Part shown: positions 28,460 through 38,928 of the stretch, piece after piece
Numbering within the stretch: position 1 is the stretch's first letter
Layout: every line of letters begins with the position of its first letter
Source of the DNA: Clostridia bacterium
Lineage (GTDB): Bacteria > Bacillota > Clostridia > Peptostreptococcales > Anaerovoracaceae
Assembly (NCBI GenBank): GCA_900766045.1
Contig: CAAFTW010000046.1
Span: forward strand, 23,764-87,763
Direction: 5' to 3'
DNA: 64,000 nt
Notes under the pieces: model-generated
Told to the model about the DNA's origin: nothing
Database searches by the model: none
The model's input: only the letters and a program-made list of their open reading frames with translations
Translations under genes and position numbers: made by a program

Positions 28460-30358
28460 ATGGAAGATAAGATGTTTTGCTTTCAGTGCCAGGAGACAGC
28501 AGGAAACAAGGGATGCACAAAGGCCGGCGTATGTGGAAAGAAGCCGGAAACTGCAGGACTGCAGGACCTTCTGATCTACGTTACAAAGGGACTGTCCGCA
28601 GTTACCACAAGAATGCGTGATGAGAATAAGGAGGTTCCAAGAGACGTTGATCATATGGTAACAGAAAACCTGTTCACCACAATCACCAATGCAAACTTCG
28701 ATGACGCAGCGATCAGAGAGAGAATTACAGAGACTCTGTATGAGAAGGAAAAGCTGCTGCATCAGGTAGACAACCGCGACAATCTGCCGGAAGCAGCAGA
28801 GTGGAACGGACCGGAAGAGTCTTATGAAGAGAAGGCAGCATCCGATGAAGTTGGCGTTCTGGCTACTGTCGATGAAGACATCAGAAGCCTCCGCGAGCTG
28901 ATCACTTACGGACTGAAGGGTCTGGCAGCTTACACCAAGCATGCAAACGTCCTCGGAAAAGAAGATCCGGATGTTGACGCATTCGTTCAGAAGGCACTGG
29001 CTCAGACACTGGATGATACAATGACCGCTTCCGAGTACATCAACCTGACTCTGGAAACAGGAAAGAATGGTGTTCAGGGAATGGCTGACCTGGATGAGGC
29101 GAACACGTCTGCTTACGGAAACCCGATTATCTCCGAAGTCAACATCGGAACAAGAAACAATCCGGGAATCCTGATTTCCGGACACGACCTGAAGGATCTG
29201 GAAATGCTGCTGGAGCAGACCAAGGGTACAGGCGTTGACGTTTACACCCATTCCGAGATGCTCCCGGGAAATTACTATCCGGCATTCAGAAAATATGACA
29301 ACCTGGTAGGAAACTACGGAAATGCATGGTGGAAGCAGAGAGAAGAGTTCACTTCCTTCCATGGTCCGATTCTGATGACTACCAACTGCATCGTTCCGCC
29401 GACAGCCAACAGCACATATAAGGATAAGATGTTCACAACAGGAGCTGCAGGCTTCCCGGGCTGCAAGCACATTGAGGCAGACGAGAACGGCCACAAGGAT
29501 TTCTCCGAGATCATCGAGCTCGCTAAGACATGTGAACCGCCAGAGCAGATTGAAGAGGGAACAATCGTCGGAGGATTTGCTCACGCTCAGACACTGGCTC
29601 TTGCTGACAAGGTTGTTGAGAATATCAAGAACGGTTCCATTAAGAAGTTCATCGTTATGGCTGGATGCGACGGCCGCATGAAGAGCAGAGATTACTATAC
29701 AGAGTTTGCAAAGGCTCTGCCAAAGGACACCATTATCCTGACTGCAGGCTGTGCAAAGTATAAGTACAACAAGCTGAACCTCGGCGATATCAACGGAATT
29801 CCGCGTGTTCTGGATGCAGGACAGTGCAACGACTCCTTCTCCCTGGTGATGATCGCTATGGCACTGAAGGACGTATTCGGACTGGACGACATCAACGATC
29901 TGCCAATCGAGTTCAACATTGCATGGTATGAGCAGAAGGCTGTCATCGTACTGCTTGCTCTCCTGTCCCTGGGCGTAAAGAACATTCACCTCGGACCGAC
30001 ACTGCCGGCATTCCTGTCACCTACAGTTGCTCAGGTTCTGGTCGACACATTCGGAATCGCAGGAATCGGTACAGTAGAAGACGACATCAAGCTCTTCACT
30101 GCTGAGAAGGAGACAAAGACTGACGCAGCAGAGGAGACAGCTGACGATGGTTCTGCTGAGGGTCCTGTTACATCCGACATGCTGGTTGGCGAAATCATTT
30201 CCCAGTTCCCGGAGACAGCAGATGCTCTGATGAACTGCGGCATGCACTGCCTGGGCTGCCCGTCCTCCCAGATGGAGTCCCTGAGAGATGCCTGCTACGT
30301 TCACGGTCTGGACGTCAATGCAGTCCTGAAGGCTGTTAACGACGCAGTTGGAAAATAA
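28460..30358 (+). CDS. hcp: Hybrid-cluster protein (hydroxylamine reductase) with a fused C-terminal DUF1858 domain
   Basis: N-terminal Cys cluster ([23 protein letters not shown]). Length and motifs match Hcp through about residue 545. An acidic linker follows, then about 60 aa containing CxxC ([15 protein letters not shown]). Confidence 0.9.
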   Translation: MEDKMFCFQCQETAGNKGCTKAGVCGKKPETAGLQDLLIYVTKGLSAVTTRMRDENKEVPRDVDHMVTENLFTTITNANFDDAAIRERITETLYEKEKLLHQVDNRDNLPEAAEWNGPEESYEEKAASDEVGVLATVDEDIRSLRELITYGLKGLAAYTKHANVLGKEDPDVDAFVQKALAQTLDDTMTASEYINLTLETGKNGVQGMADLDEANTSAYGNPIISEVNIGTRNNPGILISGHDLKDLEMLLEQTKGTGVDVYTHSEMLPGNYYPAFRKYDNLVGNYGNAWWKQREEFTSFHGPILMTTNCIVPPTANSTYKDKMFTTGAAGFPGCKHIEADENGHKDFSEIIELAKTCEPPEQIEEGTIVGGFAHAQTLALADKVVENIKNGSIKKFIVMAGCDGRMKSRDYYTEFAKALPKDTIILTAGCAKYKYNKLNLGDINGIPRVLDAGQCNDSFSLVMIAMALKDVFGLDDINDLPIEFNIAWYEQKAVIVLLALLSLGVKNIHLGPTLPAFLSPTVAQVLVDTFGIAGIGTVEDDIKLFTAEKETKTDAAEETADDGSAEGPVTSDMLVGEIISQFPETADALMNCGMHCLGCPSSQMESLRDACYVHGLDVNAVLKAVNDAVGK

Positions 30359-30491
30359 GGAAAAAGAAAAGCAATAAAGCAATACCTGTTCCGGGCGGCA
30401 TTCTGAAGATGCCGCCCGGAGATTTAAAAAAGAAGGTCCGGGCAGTTTGGAAATACTGCGAAGTTCCTTCCTGAATAAGAGGAGAATAGAA

Positions 30492-31679
30492 ATGAGTAAG
30501 TTCCTTGGACCGATTCACTTCTGGCTGTATCACAAGATCCAGCTTCAGGAGGGAATGACGGACGCAATCGTGAAATACGGAAAAGAGAATAATTGGAATG
30601 TTCTTGCAGATTCTGCTTTGTCGGAAGATGTAAAGCCGGTGGAGATGCCGCAGCTGGACACCGTCATTGACGGAGGAAACATCCACGGATGGCTGCAGGC
30701 GAGAATCGGAGCGGCAGAAGACAGAAGCGCAAGGCTTGTCAGCGCAATTCTGGATGAGGATGCGTCCCGCATGGACGACCTGAAGAAGGCGGCAAAAGCA
30801 TTCGGAGAAGAGAATAGGGCGGAAATCAAAGATGCACAGGAAGCCTATCAGCTGCTGAATGACAGCCTTCTCGACGGTATGCCTTGTGATAACGTCAATC
30901 AGCTGACCGAGCAGTCAGAGGACCGCGTAAGCTGGAGCAGAGTGCAGGACATGCACGCGGGAAGCTACCAGGTACTGGGAAAGGACGATGCGCCGTATTA
31001 TGCCCTGCGTGAGGCTATGGTATCCGGAATGCTGGATGGAAGCGGCTATAAATATTCTGATCATGACGGATCCTGTGTAATTAAGAAGGCAGATGTGAAA
31101 CTCGGTATGTATGCCGTCGATCTGATGATGGATGAACACCAGAACATTCACTACATGCTGCAGGTCGTAGACCGAATCTGCTGCGGAATTCTGGATGGTG
31201 CGGACGTAGATGCGGATGAACTCAGAAGGATTATTGATTTCATCAGAAAGTATGCAGACCGTCATCATCACGGAAAGGAAGAGAATTTCCTCTTCCCGAG
31301 AATGGTGGAAGACCTGGGAATGGTTGCGGAGAACCTGATCACTCACGGCATGCTAGTTGAGCATGACCTGGGAAGAGAGCATATCCGTGAGGCTGAAGAG
31401 GCACTGAATCTCTATGAGAAGGAGCCGAAGACCGAGCATAAGCTGCAGCTGCTTGCTCATCTGATGGGGTATGCGAACCTGCTTCAGCGTCATATCGAGA
31501 AGGAAAACAATGTTGTCTATACCTTCGCGAACAACCAGCTTTCTGAAGAGGCAAAGGAAGAAGTCAACCAGAAGTGCCGCGACTATGAGCGTAAGCCGCA
31601 GTCCATGATCACCAGAGAACTCCACCTGTCTTTCCTGAAAACTATGATGGAAAAATACGGTGTTACAGAGGACGACTAG
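30492..31679 (+). CDS. Hemerythrin HHE cation-binding domain protein with an N-terminal DUF438-like region
   Basis: C-terminal half carries HxxxH...HHHGKEENFLFP...EHD...H..KEN iron-ligand spacing. AAGAGGAG ribosome-binding site before the ATG at 30492. Confidence 0.7.
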   Translation: MSKFLGPIHFWLYHKIQLQEGMTDAIVKYGKENNWNVLADSALSEDVKPVEMPQLDTVIDGGNIHGWLQARIGAAEDRSARLVSAILDEDASRMDDLKKAAKAFGEENRAEIKDAQEAYQLLNDSLLDGMPCDNVNQLTEQSEDRVSWSRVQDMHAGSYQVLGKDDAPYYALREAMVSGMLDGSGYKYSDHDGSCVIKKADVKLGMYAVDLMMDEHQNIHYMLQVVDRICCGILDGADVDADELRRIIDFIRKYADRHHHGKEENFLFPRMVEDLGMVAENLITHGMLVEHDLGREHIREAEEALNLYEKEPKTEHKLQLLAHLMGYANLLQRHIEKENNVVYTFANNQLSEEAKEEVNQKCRDYERKPQSMITRELHLSFLKTMMEKYGVTEDD

Positions 31680-31774
31680 ATCGCAGACTGCTGAAAGAAA
31701 CATTGCAGTACCCATAACAAATCACTCCCATGAGACAGTGATTCTGTTTCGATGTAAGATTATATAACAGGAAA

Positions 31775-31810
31775 AGACGGCTGAGGTGTGAGTCAGCCGT
31801 CTTTTCGTTC
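31775..31810 (+). terminator. Rho-independent terminator after the hemerythrin gene
   Basis: AGACGGCTGA...GTCAGCCGTCT followed by TTTCGTTC. Confidence 0.7.
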
Positions 31811-31924
31811 TGCGGGGCAGACCCTGTCCGACCGGGAACTGCATCTTGACACCATCATAACACCATCCTGGTTTGACAGGACTCTTCTGCAGTGTTACGA
31901 TAATGAACACAGAAGAATAACATG

Positions 31925-32015
31925 CACGTACATAAAGGGGAGCTGAAAGGCTGAGAAAGGTAAGAACCTGACCCTGAAAACCTGATTTGGATAATGCCAG
32001 CGGAGGGATTATGGA
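31925..32015 (+). promoter_or_regulatory. TPP (THI-box) riboswitch upstream of thiD-cytX
   Basis: GGGGAGCTGAAAGGCTGAGA...ACCCTGAAAACCTGATTTGGATAATGCCAGCGGAGGGA. This matches the conserved CUGAGA and ACCUGAUCUGGAUAAUGCCAGCGUAGGGA cores. Confidence 0.85.
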
Positions 32016-32220
32016 ATATGAATTTTGAAGGGGCTTTTCCGGAAGGAAGGCTCCTTTTTCTATGCTTCCGGATTATTCGGGCTACGGGCGGAATTTCAGA
32101 GAATTTTTCGGAATTCTGCGGAAATCCTGCCGCGCGCATGCTTCTTCCTGCGGCAGATTGGGGGCACCACCTTCGGCCGCAATAGAAAATTAATGCGTTT
32201 CTGAGAAAGGAGAACTCAAG

Positions 32221-33051
32221 ATGAACATGAAAACCGCATTAACAATCGCTGGATCAGATTCCAGCGGAGGCGCTGGAATTCAGGCAGACATTAAGACGAT
32301 GACGGCCAATGGAGTTTATGCCATGAGCGCAATTACCGCTCTTACGGCACAGAACACCACCGGTGTCGCAGATGTCCTGGAATCCACGCCTGAGTTCCTG
32401 GAAAAGCAGCTGGACTGCATTTTTACAGATATCTATCCAGATGCGGTAAAGACAGGAATGGTATCCTCGAATGAACTGATCATGGTGATTACCGATAAGC
32501 TGAAGCAGTATGACGCAAAGCACATCGTCGTGGACCCGGTCATGGTTGCGACCAGCGGAGCAAGACTCATCAGCGAAGATGCTGTCGATGCCCTGAAAAA
32601 CAAGCTCCTGCCGCTGGCAGAGGTCATTACGCCGAATATTCCGGAGACGGAAGTTCTGGCAGAGATGCCGGTAAAGTCAGAAGAAGACATGATTGCGGCT
32701 TCTAAGAAAATCATGGAGCATTACGGCTGTGCCGTTCTCTGCAAGGGCGGTCATCAGCTGAGCACCGCCAACGACCTGCTCGTTGACGCTGAAGGCGCAC
32801 ACTGGTTCAGAGGAAAGCGCATCGATAATCCGAATACCCACGGAACAGGCTGTACGCTGTCCAGCGCCATTGCATCCAACCTCGCAAAGGGCCGGGATCT
32901 GAAAACTTCTGTCCGCCTTGCCAAGGCCTATATTTCCGGCGCACTTGCTGCGATGCTGGATCTGGGAAAGGGAAGCGGCCCGATGAATCACGCCTTCCGA
33001 ATCGAAGGAGAGTACGGAGATCTGCTTCCGGAGGAGGACGCAGATGAATAA
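32221..33051 (+). CDS. thiD: Hydroxymethylpyrimidine/phosphomethylpyrimidine kinase
   Basis: ALTIAGSDSSGGAGIQADIKT...GTGCTLSSAIAS (PfkB/ThiD motifs). Confidence 0.9.
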   Translation: MNMKTALTIAGSDSSGGAGIQADIKTMTANGVYAMSAITALTAQNTTGVADVLESTPEFLEKQLDCIFTDIYPDAVKTGMVSSNELIMVITDKLKQYDAKHIVVDPVMVATSGARLISEDAVDALKNKLLPLAEVITPNIPETEVLAEMPVKSEEDMIAASKKIMEHYGCAVLCKGGHQLSTANDLLVDAEGAHWFRGKRIDNPNTHGTGCTLSSAIASNLAKGRDLKTSVRLAKAYISGALAAMLDLGKGSGPMNHAFRIEGEYGDLLPEEDADE

Positions 33052-34222
33052 AAAAACATCGGTCTTCAGCAATGCGCTGATCTGGTTCGGCGCGGGCGTG
33101 TCCATTGCGGAGATCCTGACCGGAACCTACTTTGCAGGGCTGGGATTTCAGAAGGCGCTTCTGGCAATCCTTCTGGGCCATCTGATTGGCGGCGTCATGA
33201 TGCTTCTGGCCGGTCTGATCGGAGGTTTTGAAGAAAAGAGCGCCATGGAAACGGTCAGCATGAGCTTTGGAACCGTCGGCTGCAAGCTGTTTGCTATCTT
33301 GAATGTCCTGCAGCTCCTGGGATGGACGTCCATTATGACTTACGACGGAGCTGTATCGGCCCAGTCGATTTTCCACATGGGCATCTGGTTCTGGGCTCTG
33401 CTTATGGGTGTTCTGATCCTGATCTGGATCCTAGTGGGCGTGACCAATCTGGGAAAGCTGAATTTGGTTTCCATGGTCCTGCTGCTGATTTTGTCGGTTG
33501 TGCTGTTCAAGCTGGTATTCTTCAGCGGACATACTATGGGACGCGTTTCTCCGGGTGAGCTGACCTTCGGCGGCGCTGTAGAACTTGCGGTTTCCATGCC
33601 GCTCAGCTGGCTTCCTCTGATTTCCGATTACACAAGAGAAGCAGAGAAACCTGCGGCAGCGACTGCAGCAAGTGTTGTGACTTACAGCATCGTTTCCGTC
33701 TTCATGTTTGTGATCGGGATGGGCGCTTCTCTGTTTACCGGAGAGACAAATATCGCTGTCATTATGACCAAGGCGGGTCTTGGCATCGCCGGACTTCTGA
33801 TCGTCATCCTGTCCACGGTAACGACAACCTTCCTGGACGCATACTCCGCGGGGGTATCCAGTGTGACGGTTTATCATAAGATCAATGAGAAACACGCGGC
33901 GCTCATCATTACCATTATCGGAACGGCCGGAGCTATGATCTTCAACATGGATAATATCACCAATTTCCTGTATTTTATCGGAAGCGTTTTTGCGCCGATG
34001 ATTGCTGTGCAGGCGGCAGATTACTTTATCCTGAAGAGGGCGGACTGCGAGGACCGGTTTAACTGGGTCAATCTGATCGTCTGGCTGATCGGATTTATCC
34101 TCTACCGCTGGCTTATGACCGTAAATACCCCGGTGGGGAATACCCTTCCGGATTTTGTGATCACCATGGTTTTATGCGTGATTGCGAACCTTCTTGCAGG
34201 CAGAGGCCGCAGGAGAGTGTAG
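33044..34222 (+). CDS. cytX: Putative hydroxymethylpyrimidine transporter CytX (NCS1 family)
   Basis: Polytopic membrane protein. Overlaps the thiD stop (ATGAATAA) and is riboswitch-linked. Confidence 0.75.
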   Translation: MNKKTSVFSNALIWFGAGVSIAEILTGTYFAGLGFQKALLAILLGHLIGGVMMLLAGLIGGFEEKSAMETVSMSFGTVGCKLFAILNVLQLLGWTSIMTYDGAVSAQSIFHMGIWFWALLMGVLILIWILVGVTNLGKLNLVSMVLLLILSVVLFKLVFFSGHTMGRVSPGELTFGGAVELAVSMPLSWLPLISDYTREAEKPAAATAASVVTYSIVSVFMFVIGMGASLFTGETNIAVIMTKAGLGIAGLLIVILSTVTTTFLDAYSAGVSSVTVYHKINEKHAALIITIIGTAGAMIFNMDNITNFLYFIGSVFAPMIAVQAADYFILKRADCEDRFNWVNLIVWLIGFILYRWLMTVNTPVGNTLPDFVITMVLCVIANLLAGRGRRRV

Positions 34223-34268
34223 ACAAAAATTATCGTATATGGGAAAAGCAAGGAGTTTCCTTGCTGGA

Positions 34269-34320
34269 GGCTGCCGGAAGGCTTTGGAATTTCAGGGCTT
34301 TCCGGCAGCTGTTTCTTTTT
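34269..34320 (+). terminator. Rho-independent terminator after cytX
   Basis: GCTGCCGGAAGG...CTTTCCGGCAGC followed by TGTTTCTTTTT. Confidence 0.7.
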
Positions 34321-34356
34321 GTCCTGAAAAAGAAACATAAGTTAGGATTGTTTTAT

Positions 34357-34375
34357 TATACCCTGTGGGGGTATA
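34357..34375. promoter_or_regulatory. CsoR operator overlapping the -10 element of the csoR-copZ-copA promoter
   Basis: TATACCC-TGTGG-GGGTATA inverted repeat (GC-rich CsoR-type box) running into TATAAT. Confidence 0.7.
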
Positions 34376-34437
34376 ATGCATGTGTCAGCGAGAGATGAGA
34401 AAAAGCAGAAGATAAAAATGCCGGAGGAGGGGATAAA

Positions 34438-34821
34438 ATGTCATGTGAAGCATGTGAAAAGATGCCGGATGAAAAGAATCCGCAAAAGCACGCGGACGCC
34501 ACCGTTCACGCAGATGGATCGGTGACGGTCGATGACGGATGCTGCAAGATGAAAAAGCGTTCGCCTAAGGAGTACCGGGACCTGATCAACCGGCTGAGCC
34601 GCATTGAAGGACAGATCCGGGGAATCCGGAGGATGATTGAGGAAGATGCCTACTGCCCGGATGTGCTGAGACAGTCCTCGGCCGCGGCAGCAGCATTGAA
34701 CAGTTTCAATAAGGTGCTTCTGGCTAGTCATATTAAAACCTGTGTCGCTGATGACATCAGAAATGGCAGAGATGAATCCATCGACGAACTGGTGAATATG
34801 CTGCAGAAAATGATGAAGTAG
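34438..34821 (+). CDS. csoR: CsoR-family copper-sensing repressor with a Cys/His-containing N-terminal extension
   Basis: CsoR core (LINRLSRIEGQIRGIRRMIEEDAYCPDVLRQ...H..C) preceded by MSCEACEKMPDEKNPQKHADATVHADGSVTVDDGCC. Confidence 0.8.
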   Translation: MSCEACEKMPDEKNPQKHADATVHADGSVTVDDGCCKMKKRSPKEYRDLINRLSRIEGQIRGIRRMIEEDAYCPDVLRQSSAAAAALNSFNKVLLASHIKTCVADDIRNGRDESIDELVNMLQKMMK

Positions 34822-34843
34822 CCTGAGAAAAGGGGGATTCAAA

Positions 34844-35218
34844 ATGAATTTCGGAGTTATCGTTGTTATAGCCGTTATTGCCTTGATTCTTGTTTTTGCC
34901 ATCAGAAAGTCCATTAAAACCGTCAAAGGCGGATGCTGCGGAGGCGGCGGAGGAGATCTGAAGCCGCTGAAGAAGGAACTGGACGGCAAGGTCGTTTCTG
35001 AGAAGGTCATGCACATTGACGGCATGCACTGCAAGAACTGCCAGTACCGTGTGCAGAGAGCGCTGGACCGGATTGACGGTGTATCTTCCGATGTCAGCTT
35101 TAAGAAGAACCAGGCAGTTGTGAAGATGGATCGTGAGGTTTCCGATGAGCGCCTGTCTTCTGCAGTAACGAACACGGGATATGAGGTTTCCGGAATTGAA
35201 ACGGTGCCGGTAGCATAA
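34844..35218 (+). CDS. copZ: Membrane-anchored heavy-metal-associated (CopZ-like) copper chaperone
   Basis: N-terminal transmembrane helix, then the GGCCGGGGG segment, then an HMA fold with GMHCKNC metal-binding site. Confidence 0.7.
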   Translation: MNFGVIVVIAVIALILVFAIRKSIKTVKGGCCGGGGGDLKPLKKELDGKVVSEKVMHIDGMHCKNCQYRVQRALDRIDGVSSDVSFKKNQAVVKMDREVSDERLSSAVTNTGYEVSGIETVPVA

Positions 35219-35362
35219 TGACTGAAGGGGCAGGATCATGCTGCCGGGGCGGGCCGGCTGCCAGGAAGCAGGGGTATCCGGGTGCCTGGCCTGATTCTTT
35301 AATCGGGAAACGAAGTAGGGAAATGAGCTTATCAGGGTTTCTGATAAAGAAAGGAAAAAGAG

Positions 35363-37963
35363 ATGAAGCAGGATTATAACGTAAGTGGGATGAGCTGCGC
35401 GGCCTGCCAGGCAAGGGTGGAAAAAGCCGCGGGGAAGCTTCCCGGTGTGGAGAGCTGCACCGTCAGCCTGCTGACCAACTCGATGAGAGTTGAGGGGGAT
35501 GTGTCTCCGAGCGAGGTCATCAAGGCCGTGGAAGACGCGGGTTACGGTGCCGAGCTGAAAGGCGGCGAGGCAAACAAGTCTACTGTGGATATGTATGCAG
35601 AAGAAGAGAAGGCACTGGAAAACAAGGACGTGCCGGTGATGAAGAAGAGACTGATTTCTTCCGTCATCTTCCTGCTGGTGCTGATGTATTTCTCCATGGG
35701 TCATATGATGTGGAACTGGCCGCTGCCGTCCTTCTTTGAAGGAAATATGGTGGCTGTCGGCATCCTGGAGATGCTGCTGGCCGGAATTATCATGGTGATC
35801 AACCAGAAATTCTTCACCAGCGGATTCAAGTCACTGATTCACCGTGCGCCGAACATGGACACGCTGGTTGCGATGGGTTCGATGGTGTCCTTCGCCTGGA
35901 GTTTTGTCGTCCTGATGAAGATGACAAAAGACCAGATCACCGGTGGAGACGCAGCGGCGATGGCAGACATGCATAATCTGTATTTTGAGTCGGCCGCGAT
36001 GATCGTCACGCTGATCACGATTGGAAAGCTGCTGGAAGCCGTTTCCAAGGGCAGAACTACGGACGCCCTGAAAGGCCTGATGAAACTGGCTCCTAAGACT
36101 GCGGTTATCGAAGTAAACGGTCAGGAGCAGGAGATTCCGATCGATCAGCTGAATGTCGGCGATGTGTTCATCGTCCGCGCCGGAAGCAATGTCCCTGTTG
36201 ACGGTGAAATTATCGAAGGAAGCGGCGCGTTCGATGAGTCCGCGCTGACTGGAGAAAGTATTCCGGTAGATAAAGAAGCGGGAGACCGTGTTTCTGCAGC
36301 AACCACCAGCAGTTCCGGCTATGTCAAGGCAAGAGCCCTGAGAGTCGGAAAGGACACGACCCTGTCCCAGATCATTCAGATGGTCAGCGATGCGGCAGCA
36401 ACCAAGGCGCCGATCGCCAAGATTGCGGACAAGGTATCCGGAATTTTCGTACCGGCCGTACTCCTGGTCGCACTTGCGACATTTCTGATCTGGCTCCTGG
36501 CAGGCGGCGCACTTCCGTATGCCCTGTCCAGAGGCATCGCGGTCCTAGTTGTCAGCTGCCCGTGTGCGCTGGGACTTGCAACACCAGTTGCCATCATGGT
36601 CGGAAACGGGAAGGGCGCCAAGAACGGAGTCCTCTTCAAGACCGCCGCTTCGCTGGAAGAGACCGGACGCGTGGACATCGTTGCGCTGGATAAGACCGGC
36701 ACCATCACCGAGGGACATCCTCAGGTAACCGACATCATTCCTGCAGAGGGATTCACGGAAGATCAGCTTCTGAAACTCGCGGGGGCCCTGGAGTCCAAGA
36801 GTGAGCATCCGCTGGCCAGAGCAATTATGGATAAACTTTCCGCATCCGGCATGGCTGAAGAGGCTGTGGACGATTACCAGACCCTGTCTGGAAGTGGAGT
36901 CTCCGGAGTATACCACGGAAAGCAGCTCTTTGGAGGAAACGCTCGTTTCATTTCGACAAAGGCTGAAATTTCAAGGGAACAGTCGGAAGCGGCTGACCGC
37001 CTGGCAGACCAGGGAAAGACCTGCCTCTACTTTACCGAAGATGGAACATCCGCCGGCATGATTGCCGTTGCCGATACCATTAAGGAAGACAGCGCCCAGG
37101 CAGTGAAAGAACTGCAGAATATGGGTATACATGTCGTAATGCTGACCGGAGACCACGAGAAGACCGCTAAGGCGATCGGTGCTCAGGCCGGTGTAGATGA
37201 AGTCATCGCAGGCGTCCTGCCTGACGGAAAAGAATCCGTCATCCGGAAGCTGCAGAAATTCGGCAAGGTTGCCATGGTCGGAGACGGCATCAATGATGCG
37301 CCGGCCCTGACCAGAGCCGATACGGGAATCGCCATCGGAGCCGGCGCAGACGTCGCCGTTGACGCGGCCGATGTCGTCCTGATGAACAGCAAGTTGACGG
37401 ATGTATCCGCCGCCATCCGCTTAAGCCGTGCGACCCTGCGGAACATCCACGAGAACCTGTTCTGGGCATTCTTCTACAACGTCCTGCTGATGCCTCTCGC
37501 AGCCGGTGCTTACGCCCACCTGCTCGGCATTACCATGAACCCAATGCTTGGCGCTGCAGCCATGAGTCTGTCCAGCTTCTGCGTTGTCACCAACGCCCTG
37601 AGACTGAACCTCTTTGACCTGCATAATGCCGCAAAAGATAAAATGAAAAAGAACGCGATTTCAGCAGAAACCCTGATTACACAGGATTCTGAGGAAGATA
37701 AAGCTGCAGCTGGAGCTGAACCCGCTGCAGCAATCACGGAAGGAGAAGACGATATGAAAAAGACAATCAAGATTGAAGGAATGATGTGCGAGCACTGTGA
37801 AGCTACTGTAAAGAAAGCCCTGGAGGCCCTGGACGGAGTCGATTCCGCAGAAGTCAGCCATACAGCAGGACAGGCAGTCGTAAACATGAGCAGCGATGTC
37901 GCTGACGACGTACTGAAGAAAGCAGTAGAAGATAAGGATTACGAAGTCAAGAGCATTACGTAG
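35363..37963 (+). CDS. copA: Copper-translocating P1B-type ATPase with N- and C-terminal HMA domains
   Basis: GMSCAACQ (N-terminal HMA), CPC transmembrane motif, DKTGTIT, GDGINDAP, and a C-terminal HMA (GMMCEHCE). Confidence 0.92.
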   Translation: MKQDYNVSGMSCAACQARVEKAAGKLPGVESCTVSLLTNSMRVEGDVSPSEVIKAVEDAGYGAELKGGEANKSTVDMYAEEEKALENKDVPVMKKRLISSVIFLLVLMYFSMGHMMWNWPLPSFFEGNMVAVGILEMLLAGIIMVINQKFFTSGFKSLIHRAPNMDTLVAMGSMVSFAWSFVVLMKMTKDQITGGDAAAMADMHNLYFESAAMIVTLITIGKLLEAVSKGRTTDALKGLMKLAPKTAVIEVNGQEQEIPIDQLNVGDVFIVRAGSNVPVDGEIIEGSGAFDESALTGESIPVDKEAGDRVSAATTSSSGYVKARALRVGKDTTLSQIIQMVSDAAATKAPIAKIADKVSGIFVPAVLLVALATFLIWLLAGGALPYALSRGIAVLVVSCPCALGLATPVAIMVGNGKGAKNGVLFKTAASLEETGRVDIVALDKTGTITEGHPQVTDIIPAEGFTEDQLLKLAGALESKSEHPLARAIMDKLSASGMAEEAVDDYQTLSGSGVSGVYHGKQLFGGNARFISTKAEISREQSEAADRLADQGKTCLYFTEDGTSAGMIAVADTIKEDSAQAVKELQNMGIHVVMLTGDHEKTAKAIGAQAGVDEVIAGVLPDGKESVIRKLQKFGKVAMVGDGINDAPALTRADTGIAIGAGADVAVDAADVVLMNSKLTDVSAAIRLSRATLRNIHENLFWAFFYNVLLMPLAAGAYAHLLGITMNPMLGAAAMSLSSFCVVTNALRLNLFDLHNAAKDKMKKNAISAETLITQDSEEDKAAAGAEPAAAITEGEDDMKKTIKIEGMMCEHCEATVKKALEALDGVDSAEVSHTAGQAVVNMSSDVADDVLKKAVEDKDYEVKSIT

Positions 37964-37992
37964 TTTTGTACTGATCCTGTATGAACATAATG

Positions 37993-38036
37993 AAAGAGAC
38001 TGCTGCACAATTTTTTAGCTTTGTGCAGCAGTCTCT
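37993..38036. terminator. Bidirectional terminator between copA (+) and the DtxR-family gene (-)
   Basis: 16-bp stem AGAGACTGCTGCACAA-ttttttagc-TTGTGCAGCAGTCTCT with A and T tracts on both sides. Confidence 0.75.
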
Positions 38037-38052
38037 ACCTTTGTTGAAAAAC

Positions 38053-38430
38053 TTACTCCTCTTCGAACTGTTTGATATGTTTTTTCAGTGCGTTGAAGGT
38101 TTCTTCGCTCAGATCGTGCTCGACACGGCAGGCGTCCTCTCTGGCGGTGTCTGGATCGACGCCGATATTTTCGAACAGAGACGTGAGAACGCGGTGACGT
38201 TCATAGATGCTGCTGGCAATTTCCATGCCGGAGTTGGTCAGGTGGATCATGCCTTCCTTATCCATCTCAATGTGACCCTCCTCTTTCAGGCGGCGGGTCG
38301 CGTAAGATACACTCGGTTTAGTGACGCCGAGCTGATTGGCGATGTCCACGGAGCGTACATATCCGTGCTCATTATGCAGCATCAGAATGGCTTCCAGATA
38401 ATCTTCTGCTGATTTACGTACTTTTCCCAT
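38053..38430 (-). CDS. DtxR/MntR-family metal-dependent transcriptional repressor
   Basis: MGKVRKSAEDYLEAI...VTKPSVSYATRRLKEEG (HTH) plus metal-site residues. The ORF track extends to 38508, but the DtxR-family N-terminus aligns to the ATG at 38430. Start is uncertain. Confidence 0.7.
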   Translation of the reverse strand: MGKVRKSAEDYLEAILMLHNEHGYVRSVDIANQLGVTKPSVSYATRRLKEEGHIEMDKEGMIHLTNSGMEIASSIYERHRVLTSLFENIGVDPDTAREDACRVEHDLSEETFNALKKHIKQFEEE

Positions 38431-38928
38431 ATGCTTGTTGCAGGAGAACGGTATGCTGAGCTGTCCTCCTGATCTCCTTTCTCTCATCTGCCGATGAAAA
38501 TTTTTCATGACAAAACACGATCCGGCAAGGCTGTATCCGTGTATTCTGCCGCATACACAACAGTTCTGCCATCTCGTGCAGTTTCATTACATTTCTGATT
38601 CATCTCTTGCTATCATTTTAAATTGTATACTATATATATTACCATTATTTCCGGATTTATACCATAGTTTTCCATATTTCCTATAGATGATCTTTATTGA
38701 TCCCGGCCTGCGAACTTCTGGAATGGGGTCAGTCCGGCATCACCACTTTTGCAGCCTGACAAGAGCAGTGTTCAGGGAAAGAACGTTTCTTTCTTGTTTT
38801 AAGATATGGCAGGTAAGGCCGGCAGTGGTCTATAATACAATATATAGATGCAGATTATAGCAGGGAATGTCGATAGAAGAAAATGAAACAGAGTACGGAT
38901 ATATTTTCTCGGGAAGGATGTGAAACAG

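Noticed and set aside
38431-38508. Longer N-terminus (26 extra codons) for the DtxR-family repressor.
   Set aside because: The extension has no DtxR-like sequence and no well-placed ribosome-binding site. The family N-terminus aligns to MGKVRKSAEDYLE. I kept it only as an alternative start.
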